NCBI GenBank assembly: GCA_964354025.1
Contig: CAYGXQ010000005.1
Location: 3,366-67,365, forward strand
Direction of reading: 5' to 3'
From: an uncultured Gammaproteobacteria bacterium
GTDB lineage: Bacteria > Patescibacteriota > Microgenomatia > 2-02-FULL-39-11
Length of the DNA: 64,000 nucleotides
Shown one piece after another: positions 9,277 to 17,627 of the stretch. The position numbers were made by a program, and so were the translations under genes. The notes beneath the pieces were generated by a model. It searched no databases. It saw only the letters and a list, made by a program, of their open reading frames with translations, and was not told the DNA's origin. How positions within the stretch are numbered: the first letter of the stretch is position 1; each line of letters opens with the position of its first letter.

Positions 9277-10554
9277 TTTAAATAATTTTCTAAATCTTTC
9301 TTCTTGTTTATACGGTCCTATTATAGCAAGGTTCAGCCGGTTTTGTCCAAAGATATTTTCCGCAACTTCCTGTACTTGGGCCGAAGTCACTTTATCAATT
9401 TTCTCCATAATTTCCTGCGGAGTGCGGATATTTTTTTCCAAAAGTTCGGCCGTCCCGAAAAGCGAAGCGACATTGTGACTGTCTTCCAGTTCGAGAGTCA
9501 GTCTGCCTTTGAGATATTCTTTGGCTTTCCCCAATTCCTCTTCGGAAACCAGTTTATCAGCCATTTTTTGGTATTCGCCAATAATTACTTTGATCGCCTC
9601 ATCAATCCGGCCCACATCCACTCCCGCCTGGGTGACGAAATTACCAACGTCTGTGTATTTTTCTGTAGCTGACCGGACATAATAAGCCAGTCCCCTCTTC
9701 TCCCGCACTTCGATGAAAAGCCGGCTTGACATCCCGCCGCCCAAAACGCTGGTCAAAACTCCCAGAGCGTATCTTTCCGGATGAACCAAAGGATAAGCCC
9801 GCACTCCCAGACAAAGATGCGCCTGTTGGGTGTCTTTGTATTGGACCAGCAATCCCGGTACCTTCTGACCATCATCAACAGTTTCCGCTTTCTCCACTTT
9901 CCTCTTCCCCCACTCCCCAAAATATTTTTTCATTAAATTTATAATTTGTAATTTATAATTTGTAATTTTGTTAATACCTCCCGCAATCACCACCACCGTA
10001 TTCCCCGGCGTATACAATCTGTCCATATAACTAACGAAGTCTTTTCTTTTCACTGACGAAATCACTTCTTTTTTTCCGATAATGTCTCTGCCCAATTTCG
10101 TGTCGCCGTAAAGGAGATTTTCGTAAAGGTCGCCCACTTTTCTCATCGGCAAGTCCTCATACATATTGTATTCTTCGATAATGACGCCTTTTTCTTTAGC
10201 AATCTCTTTTTCATCCAATCGGGAGTGTAACAAAATATCTGATAATATATCAATCAATAAAGGAAGATGTTTCACTGCTGCTTTTATATAATATCCGGTA
10301 TGATCTTTGCTGGTGAAAGCATTGGACTCACCGCCGATGCCATCAACGATCGAGGAAATTTCAAGAGCCGTCGGCCGTTTCTTTGTTCCCTTGAAAGCCA
10401 TGTGTTCAAGAAAGTGCGACAATCCATTGATCCCCTTTTCCTCGAAGCGTGAACCAGCACCGACCAAAACCAAAACCGTCACCGACTCCACCGAAGGCAT
10501 GGGAACAGTGATCAGCCGGAGACCGTTAGTGAGGGTATGTGTTTGGTAGTTCAT
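9274..10554 (-). CDS. M16 (pitrilysin/insulinase) family zinc peptidase
   Basis: Inverted zinc motif HFLEHMAFKGT (HxxEH); length 426 aa; carries an in-frame heptamer tract at 9935-9975. Confidence 0.85.
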   Translation of the reverse strand: MNYQTHTLTNGLRLITVPMPSVESVTVLVLVGAGSRFEEKGINGLSHFLEHMAFKGTKKRPTALEISSIVDGIGGESNAFTSKDHTGYYIKAAVKHLPLLIDILSDILLHSRLDEKEIAKEKGVIIEEYNMYEDLPMRKVGDLYENLLYGDTKLGRDIIGKKEVISSVKRKDFVSYMDRLYTPGNTVVVIAGGINKITNYKLQIINLMKKYFGEWGKRKVEKAETVDDGQKVPGLLVQYKDTQQAHLCLGVRAYPLVHPERYALGVLTSVLGGGMSSRLFIEVREKRGLAYYVRSATEKYTDVGNFVTQAGVDVGRIDEAIKVIIGEYQKMADKLVSEEELGKAKEYLKGRLTLELEDSHNVASLFGTAELLEKNIRTPQEIMEKIDKVTSAQVQEVAENIFGQNRLNLAIIGPYKQEERFRKLFK

Positions 10555-10607
10555 AAGAGGTTTCTATCATACAAAAACGGGGCGGAAAAGAAAAGGAGGA
10601 AGATGGA

Positions 10608-11846
10608 TTAAATCTTTGTACCGCGCTCACCACGAAGATCAGCTTTAATATTAGGATCTTTTGACCACACAGTTATTTTATATTCCAGCAAGTCAAAAGC
10701 TCCTTCCCGTTTTATCTCTCCATCAGTACCGGTGTAATCTTTAAAGTCTGTTCTAATCAGTTCTATATGGGCAACAAATCTGAGTGACTCTAAAACTACC
10801 ACCTGACCTGCTCTGGCCGTTTCAATATTGCCAAATTGATACCTTAAATGCTGTCCCTCAAAAACAGGAATTCTGGCATTTGGAGATGTAATCGTACTGC
10901 AAACATTAGTATGACCTGTATTAGGATCATTTAGCTGAAATATTACTTGATCTGACAGATGAAAAACATAGGCATCGTTTACCGGATTATTTGAAGCATC
11001 ACGAGTTTCAAATAAATTATCTATTCTTAAGAAATTAAATCTTGCGCTATCTTCTTCATCAATAAAAAACATTTGGCTTATATCTGTACCATTATTTGTA
11101 AAACTAACCGAATGGCCAATCTGCCTCCAGCTTGGATCAACCGTTGCCTCATTTTTAGCTACTATCCTGCCAGACTGATAAGTATTTCCCTCAACTATTC
11201 TTAACCTTCCATCGGTTTCTGGTAAACTTGTCAAAAGGTGAGCTTCCTCGCTAGGAATAGGAATCGGCGTTGCCCCTGCCCGTGCCCCTTCCGCGTATCC
11301 GGCTGCTTGGATATCCTGCGTCATCTGCTGTCTCCAGGCAGCCAGAGTACCTGATAATCCCGGAGTTTCCATTGCTAATTTGCGCCAATCGGGGGATAAA
11401 TAATCATCCAGGATTACTAAATCCTCTTCGGTAAAACGATTTTGTTGGGAATCAGCCCTCCATTGTGTCGCCCTATGTATAAGATATTTAAGGTAACTTT
11501 TTAATGGTCCTCCATCTTGTGCCGGATCCTGAAATTGGGCTATTTGTCCGTCAGTAAGTTTATCATTTAAATCTAGGTAAGTTGTTAAAACATCCAACCG
11601 AAAATTTTTCTCGCCATCCTCCAAAGGAGCATTAACCAATAAAGACAGATAAACAGGCTCAATTATGTCATCAGTAACAAGATCTTCCGGCAGTTCTCCT
11701 CCCGGTGGCCGCCGTTTCTCTTGAAGCAGTTCGATTTGATGATTAACAACATTAAATATTGCGTTATGAATAGATAACTGACGAGTCTTCTCCGGTTTTG
11801 GCCGCGGATCTCCTGCTGTAAGTGGTGGATCTCCAATTAGTGACAT
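10608..11846 (-). CDS. Hypothetical protein
   Basis: Long ORF with no recognisable motifs. Confidence 0.5.
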   Translation of the reverse strand: MSLIGDPPLTAGDPRPKPEKTRQLSIHNAIFNVVNHQIELLQEKRRPPGGELPEDLVTDDIIEPVYLSLLVNAPLEDGEKNFRLDVLTTYLDLNDKLTDGQIAQFQDPAQDGGPLKSYLKYLIHRATQWRADSQQNRFTEEDLVILDDYLSPDWRKLAMETPGLSGTLAAWRQQMTQDIQAAGYAEGARAGATPIPIPSEEAHLLTSLPETDGRLRIVEGNTYQSGRIVAKNEATVDPSWRQIGHSVSFTNNGTDISQMFFIDEEDSARFNFLRIDNLFETRDASNNPVNDAYVFHLSDQVIFQLNDPNTGHTNVCSTITSPNARIPVFEGQHLRYQFGNIETARAGQVVVLESLRFVAHIELIRTDFKDYTGTDGEIKREGAFDLLEYKITVWSKDPNIKADLRGERGTKI

Positions 11847-11929
11847 ATATTTAAACTATAACACACCCAAAACCTTCGTCAAAGCCCAGAGGAAAAACCG
11901 CGAATTTAGAAGAAATAACTTGTAGAATA

Positions 11930-12898
11930 CTAAGATATTGGATAATGTATGGCAATAAAAGGAGGCACAGGCAAATCCACGCCCGCCATCTTGGCGGCCA
12001 ACTGTTTCATCTCATAGATTGCTGTCATATCCGGCGGAAGAACCGTTACCGCGGTTTTTGCCGGTTCTTCAAGTCCTGCCGACATATTTTTTGAAACCGG
12101 CGGTAACTGCCTGTATTGCTCTATTAGTTCTGGAGTCAGCTTAGTATAAAACCTTTCGTTAAAATTAAACTTAGCATTGTAACTATTATTTCCAACGCTT
12201 GCATGAACCAATCCGTAGCCTAAATCTTCACCGTATGGTTTTATACCTAATCGTGGAGATCCATCATGTTCATGGACTGCCCCGGAATATTCGGCAGATA
12301 AATTTCTTGTCGCATTTTCCCACTCTGGTTTACTTAAGCCTAAATAATCAGAATATACTCCATTACTTTGAACCGTTAGAATCCGTGCTACCGTATCATT
12401 ATTGCTGGCAATGTTACCCTCATGTATCTCAAGTCTTTCTAATTTTCTATCTTCACTTCCAAATTTTAAAAAGATTTTTTTATATCGTTGCTGTTTATGT
12501 TCCAATGAAAGATTGTCAGTGTGGGTTTTAATTTCCAGAATAGTCAGTTGCCCTTTTGGATCTCTATATACACCAATTTCATATTGTGTGTTTAGATTAC
12601 TCGGATCAGCAAGGATTGCTTTTATCCAGGGAGGAAGAGCTTGAGAATCATCAGGATCAGCAAGTTCTCTTTCTCCTTTAAATCCTTTTAATCCGGGCAT
12701 TAATACTTCAACCGCTTGTGAAGTTTGAAATAAGTCAAAATTCTCACTTAGTCGAGTCAGCGCGCTTCTCCATGAATCCTGTTCCCTGCCGGAAACCATG
12801 GGCGGCATTTGATCTCCCCAATGGTCAGCTTGTGCAACCGGAACTATTTTCGGGGGGGGCAAACCGGCAGTAGCATGTTCAGGAACCAACATTACCAT
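11930..12898 (-). CDS. Hypothetical protein
   Basis: Long ORF with no recognisable motifs. Confidence 0.5.
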   Translation of the reverse strand: MVMLVPEHATAGLPPPKIVPVAQADHWGDQMPPMVSGREQDSWRSALTRLSENFDLFQTSQAVEVLMPGLKGFKGERELADPDDSQALPPWIKAILADPSNLNTQYEIGVYRDPKGQLTILEIKTHTDNLSLEHKQQRYKKIFLKFGSEDRKLERLEIHEGNIASNNDTVARILTVQSNGVYSDYLGLSKPEWENATRNLSAEYSGAVHEHDGSPRLGIKPYGEDLGYGLVHASVGNNSYNAKFNFNERFYTKLTPELIEQYRQLPPVSKNMSAGLEEPAKTAVTVLPPDMTAIYEMKQLAAKMAGVDLPVPPFIAIHYPIS

Positions 12899-12972
12899 AT
12901 TATTTAATCAATATCATATCTTTTACTTATTCACAAGAAGGAATTGAAATGAATACCAGTTTTTGACTATCG

Positions 12973-13224
12973 CTATTTTGCGTAATGGTTGTTGATATCA
13001 ACAATTTCCGCTTCACCATCATCTGTCAGAATAAAAATCGCCCTGTATTTCCTGTCTATCCGGAAAGAATAGATCTTCAATTCTTTTGGCTCGAGAATTT
13101 CCGTGTGTAATGAGGGATGTTTCGGATTGACGGTGAAAAAAGCTATCTGTCTCTCCAGTTTCCGTTCCAGTCTATGTTTTTTGGCGTAATTTAAAAGATC
13201 AGCTCGGAGCGGCTTAACCGGCAT
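12973..13224 (-). CDS. RelE/ParE-family type II toxin
   Basis: 83 aa; RelE/ParE-like pattern; 11 nt overlap with the upstream RHH gene. Confidence 0.65.
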   Translation of the reverse strand: MPVKPLRADLLNYAKKHRLERKLERQIAFFTVNPKHPSLHTEILEPKELKIYSFRIDRKYRAIFILTDDGEAEIVDINNHYAK

Positions 13225-13477
13225 AGGCAGACGACTTTGATAATCCTTTTGTAACGCTGTTGATAAACTTGCTGTTGTATTTACCTGTTTTGGCCATTTT
13301 CTGCCTTACTTCCTCAAGAGGCCGCGGAGTAAAAACTTCCAATTCCAACTCTCCGGAAAAATATTTCCGCAGGAGAGCGCGGATAAATTCAGAACGGGTG
13401 GCATAACCCTGTCTGGAAGTTTCTGTCTCGACTAAACTGGCAACCTGTTCCGGTAAAGAAATCGTAAATGTAGTCAT
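13214..13477 (-). CDS. Ribbon-helix-helix (CopG/ParD-like) antitoxin
   Basis: 87 aa; the N-terminal ..ISLPEQVASLVETE..RSEFIRALLRKY pattern is typical of RHH. Confidence 0.6.
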   Translation of the reverse strand: MTTFTISLPEQVASLVETETSRQGYATRSEFIRALLRKYFSGELELEVFTPRPLEEVRQKMAKTGKYNSKFINSVTKGLSKSSAYAG

Positions 13478-13530
13478 ATAAGAAATTTTAACAAATTTTC
13501 TTATTTATTGTCAAGATAGATTAAAAATAT

Positions 13531-15012
13531 CTATAACACACCCAAAACCTTGGTCAAAGCTTGGGTTTCGAATTGGTTGAAGCTCTCGATATCACCTACT
13601 GCTTGCTGATTCAAGCAGACGAAAATCGAATAAGAACCATCTGGTTTTATAAAGCCTCCCATATCGTGGTGATTCATGCCAACTTTAAATTCACCTTCAC
13701 CGATTATATGAAACGATGAAATGCTACTTGGAACTGGGTATTGCGTCTTAAAATATGCCAATCTTGTTTTATTATCTGTTTGTTCCGCTAAAGCCTGTAT
13801 GATAAAATCTCTGTCTTCATCTTGAAGTAATCGTCTATTAATAATATTCCCAAGTATTTTGCCTAAATCTCCAGCCGTAGTCATAAAAAGTTGATGCGAT
13901 ACACTATAGTCAGTCTTCGTCAGCTCTAGTTCTGTCTGTAATCTTTTTGCAATGATTTTACAGGATGCATCCCAATTTCTTGTGCCTGTCAATTGATAGA
14001 CCAATCCTTCATATACATATTCATCGTGATTCCTCAATAGTCTAAATATCGCCTCCCGAAAGTTTGGGTAAGTATGTCCCATAAAAACCACCGGATTTGT
14101 TAGATTGTATTTTGCCGGATTTTGACGGATATCCCGCAAGGCCAACATTGCTATAGGCAGTGTAATCAAACTCCAGGCTTCAAAGGGGACTTCCGAATTC
14201 ACGGCAATCACTTCACCTTTTTCATTTTGGGCAAAAAAGGCGGACTGCCCGGGCATTTCTTTTGCCAAACCGGCAATCTCCTCCTGCACTTCGGCGATCA
14301 ATACCGTCCTGTCTTTCACCGGTCTGGTCGGCTTTTCCAAAACATGTTCTTCCCTTTCCCGGTAAATGCCTCCTCCGCCATAACCCTGTCCGGGCGGGTT
14401 GACTGTTTCTATGACCGGTGGAGCTTGTATAGCTGAAGGTTTTTCCGGTATAAATTTGGAAAGAATCCATCCCAAACCGGCTGCACCGGCCGCACCTGCC
14501 AATCCGATCACTAATTTCCTTCTCGTTTGACAAAAACGTATCCGGTTATCAACCAGATAACCGAAATTGGCAATTTTCCTTGCGGCTGTCCGGTCAAGTT
14601 GATCAATGCTGATAGCCTGCGGGTCTCCCCATGCCTGACCGTTATATTTTCTCACCGCAAAAGATACCTCATCGCCTTCTATATTCAAGCAATAATATTT
14701 ATCCGGACTGGTTCTGGAAAAATAACCTACTTCGCTCAAAGCCTCACCTTGCAATCTCACTAAAAAACTGTCTCCCTCATCTAACTCCAAAACCGCCTTA
14801 TCTTTCTTAAAAGACACATCTCTGCCCAAAGCAAAAAGAAGAGTATCTTCTTGAGGTTTTTCCGCCACCACCGGCGTTCCCCTGAACAGCTCAAATTCCG
14901 TCAAGGCTTTAGCCAGCGGCCGGCTATGGTCTATCAACCACGAAGTATTTATCCTTTCTTCGCTTTGTGCCGGATTAATGGATAAAGCAGCTATCTCGCC
15001 AGTCATAATCAT
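13531..15012 (-). CDS. Membrane-anchored protein whose C-terminal domain resembles a degenerate class A beta-lactamase or transpeptidase fold
   Basis: Central TM (LVIGLAGAAGAAGLGWIL) and a GYGGGG tract. The C-terminal region aligns by eye with class A landmarks: FEAWSLIT for FxxxSxxK (Lys replaced by Thr), TRN for SDN, KVG for KTG, then a DMGGFIKPDGSYSIFVCL-like strand. Confidence 0.5.
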   Translation of the reverse strand: MIMTGEIAALSINPAQSEERINTSWLIDHSRPLAKALTEFELFRGTPVVAEKPQEDTLLFALGRDVSFKKDKAVLELDEGDSFLVRLQGEALSEVGYFSRTSPDKYYCLNIEGDEVSFAVRKYNGQAWGDPQAISIDQLDRTAARKIANFGYLVDNRIRFCQTRRKLVIGLAGAAGAAGLGWILSKFIPEKPSAIQAPPVIETVNPPGQGYGGGGIYREREEHVLEKPTRPVKDRTVLIAEVQEEIAGLAKEMPGQSAFFAQNEKGEVIAVNSEVPFEAWSLITLPIAMLALRDIRQNPAKYNLTNPVVFMGHTYPNFREAIFRLLRNHDEYVYEGLVYQLTGTRNWDASCKIIAKRLQTELELTKTDYSVSHQLFMTTAGDLGKILGNIINRRLLQDEDRDFIIQALAEQTDNKTRLAYFKTQYPVPSSISSFHIIGEGEFKVGMNHHDMGGFIKPDGSYSIFVCLNQQAVGDIESFNQFETQALTKVLGVL

Positions 15013-17627
15013 ATTCTCACTCCTGTTTGTCTGGCTTGGGCGCGGCGCAGACCAGCTCTTACTGCTTTTTGACCTCTTATCATTTCATTTCGCTTCGCGT
15101 TTGAAACTGCCCGGCTTTCTGCCCGGATACCGGCTCCTTGTTTTTCCTGATATTCTTTCCAACCAACAGGCCTTACCTCTCCTCCGGCTGATTGGGTTAA
15201 AGTGACCGGATGGACAGACTGCAGTCTGGTAGATACCGGTTGCTCGCCGTAATAAGCGGCGCCGGAGAGATATTTCGCCCGCGATTTGACTAATTTGTCC
15301 AAAGTCTTCAAAGCTTCTTTTTCATCTGCGTCCGTCAAAATAGCAATGATCGAGGATTTTTCGTCTGTACCGGCTTTGGCACGCAAAAGATGAAAAAGTT
15401 TGCCGTTAACCATGAAATGGCTAATATCTGCTTGATAACCAAGATCAGGTATTTCCGTTCCACCCTGAAAATCAGCCGGGGTGAGAGTTAAACCCGGACA
15501 AAAGCCGCTGGTACCGATTGCTCCCTTGGTTGAACAAACTTCTTGTCCATCTACTTTTATGCTTTTTATCACCGTCGGTTCCAGATGCCGGCCGCCCAGA
15601 TCAATGGAAAATGCAGTCATTAAATCAAGCATAGAAAATCTGCCTTTCTCTGTTTCTATCAATAAATCAGCTGGAGAAATATTTCCTGCCATAGCACTCA
15701 CCAAACTTGCTTTCTCTTTATCAATAATATCTAAAACCGCGATTGAATTGGTTCCTTTCAATTTAGCCGCTTCTTCAACCGCCACCTTTTGTATCCCCGC
15801 TTCCAGAGTGGTTTGCACCTCCACACTGTAATTGGGAAGATTCTTTCCAAACATCTTCTCCAATTCGCCAAAAACCATGCCATTATAAAAGTTTCTTTCC
15901 TGCGGCACTTCCGGAGTCAGGATTTTTACCTGGTCCAACTCTTTCAATATCTCTGATTTTTCATCCGGATTGACTGCTCCTTTCTTGATTAAATTATCCA
16001 AAACGTCTTTAGCATGATTTAATAAAGCTATCTTACCTTCCGATGTTGTTGGATCATAAGTTGTTGGCGACTGGATCATGGCGGTTAAAAGTAATGACTG
16101 GGCTCTATCTAAATCTTTGGCGTCTTTACCAAAGTAGATTTGGGCGGCTGCTGGTACCCCATTACACTGGTTGCCTAAATAGATTACATTCAAATACATT
16201 TCCAGAATTTTATTTTTCGGATAATTACGAGTGATTTCATCGGCCAACAACCATTCTTTCACTTTTCTTGGTAATGATTCTGTTCTTGCGTATTCCGGGC
16301 TAAATAACAAATTACGGGCTACCTGTTGGGTGATAGTCGATGCTCCTCCTTCTCTGATAAACGGCATGATGCTTTTTATTTGAGAAGGAGTAATCTTGCC
16401 AAAAAAAGCTTTGATGATATCCGGCACGTTATAACCGGCATTGGTGTAAAAAGTCGGATCTTCATTTCCGACTGCATAAGCGATCATATATTGTGATATT
16501 CCATCTATGGAAACATAATTTTTCAAACCGCCTTCGGGAGCAAATCTGACCGTTATCGGAGTGCCTGTACTATCTTCTATCGTCACCGGCTGATTTGCCC
16601 GCGTCTGTTCCGCCAATTCGGTTGTGGGAGGTAAATGCAATTTATCCATAAACATCGGCCTGACCCCCTGAGACCAAGTAGCGTCTAGAACTCCCAGCGG
16701 AAAATCAATTACATAAGGCTTGGTAATAGGACTGGTGGCCAACGCATAAGCCGCTATCGCCATTACCGCCGGACCTTTTAAGCGCAACAATTGCGCCAAA
16801 TATCTCTGATACAAGGCTTCCTGTTTAGCATGAAGAATTCGTGGCGTCGTGGCAGCCTTCCTTTCTGCTTTTTCTCTTGTTTGTTTTTCTTTCCTATCAG
16901 CCACCCTTTTCTCCACATCTGCCACAATCGCTTTCATCTTGCCTGGTTCTCCGGCCGCTCTTTCAACCTCAAAAATCAGATCAGAAGCACTAATGGCTAA
17001 TCGGATATATTTTCTTTCGCCGGCTTCCATCCGTTCTTCTTTTTTCCGCATCACTTCTCCCAAGACTTGGGTTAACCGTATCCTGCCAAGTGTTAAAGAT
17101 CTCTCTACTTCCTCAAGTAAATGTGAAACTGACATGGCCGGTCTGAAGGCGCTAGTAATCTCTTCCCTGAGTTGTTTGACAGCCGGAAAATCTTGGGGAA
17201 AGTGTTCTGTCAGTTGTTTAGTTGGATAAAAGTTAAGAACTCGAAAATCATTTTCGGTGATTGCATATAGAGTAGGATTGTCATGATATTGGGCTAATCT
17301 TTCTTCAAGGTATGCTCTCCAGGCAAGATAAGGAGCCTCTTTGGGATTAGCCGTTATCTGTTCTCTCAAGGCAATTGCCTGATCTTTACTGGCTTTCCCT
17401 TTAGATTCCAATATAGTCAGGATTTGTACATAACCTGCCGGTTCTACGCTGGTCACTATCAGGGCCAGAAGACTATCAGGATAAGGTTGTTCAGGATGAC
17501 TTTTCTGGCGTTGGATCTGCTCTGTTAAACAACCAAAGGCAATGTCTGACCGAGTGAGTGTTGGTCTTACCTCAGGTTCTACGTTTAGTCCTACCCTTAG
17601 TGGTGAAGTTAATTCAGCTGATATCAT
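15009..17627 (-). CDS. Large protein with an internal GT51 peptidoglycan glycosyltransferase (transglycosylase) domain; no transpeptidase motifs
   Basis: All five GT51 motifs seen: GNEDPTFYTNAGYN, GGASTITQQVARNL, RKVKEWLLADEITRNY, KNKILEMYLNVIYLG, RAQSLLLTAM. A TM segment precedes the domain. The N-terminal extension is about 285 aa. ATGA overlaps on both sides. Confidence 0.8.
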   Translation of the reverse strand: MISAELTSPLRVGLNVEPEVRPTLTRSDIAFGCLTEQIQRQKSHPEQPYPDSLLALIVTSVEPAGYVQILTILESKGKASKDQAIALREQITANPKEAPYLAWRAYLEERLAQYHDNPTLYAITENDFRVLNFYPTKQLTEHFPQDFPAVKQLREEITSAFRPAMSVSHLLEEVERSLTLGRIRLTQVLGEVMRKKEERMEAGERKYIRLAISASDLIFEVERAAGEPGKMKAIVADVEKRVADRKEKQTREKAERKAATTPRILHAKQEALYQRYLAQLLRLKGPAVMAIAAYALATSPITKPYVIDFPLGVLDATWSQGVRPMFMDKLHLPPTTELAEQTRANQPVTIEDSTGTPITVRFAPEGGLKNYVSIDGISQYMIAYAVGNEDPTFYTNAGYNVPDIIKAFFGKITPSQIKSIMPFIREGGASTITQQVARNLLFSPEYARTESLPRKVKEWLLADEITRNYPKNKILEMYLNVIYLGNQCNGVPAAAQIYFGKDAKDLDRAQSLLLTAMIQSPTTYDPTTSEGKIALLNHAKDVLDNLIKKGAVNPDEKSEILKELDQVKILTPEVPQERNFYNGMVFGELEKMFGKNLPNYSVEVQTTLEAGIQKVAVEEAAKLKGTNSIAVLDIIDKEKASLVSAMAGNISPADLLIETEKGRFSMLDLMTAFSIDLGGRHLEPTVIKSIKVDGQEVCSTKGAIGTSGFCPGLTLTPADFQGGTEIPDLGYQADISHFMVNGKLFHLLRAKAGTDEKSSIIAILTDADEKEALKTLDKLVKSRAKYLSGAAYYGEQPVSTRLQSVHPVTLTQSAGGEVRPVGWKEYQEKQGAGIRAESRAVSNAKRNEMIRGQKAVRAGLRRAQARQTGVRI

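Noticed and set aside
15009-16040. Transpeptidase (PBP) domain in the C-terminal half of the GT51 protein
   Set aside because: No SxxK / SxN / KTG motif set found in the region after the GT51 domain.
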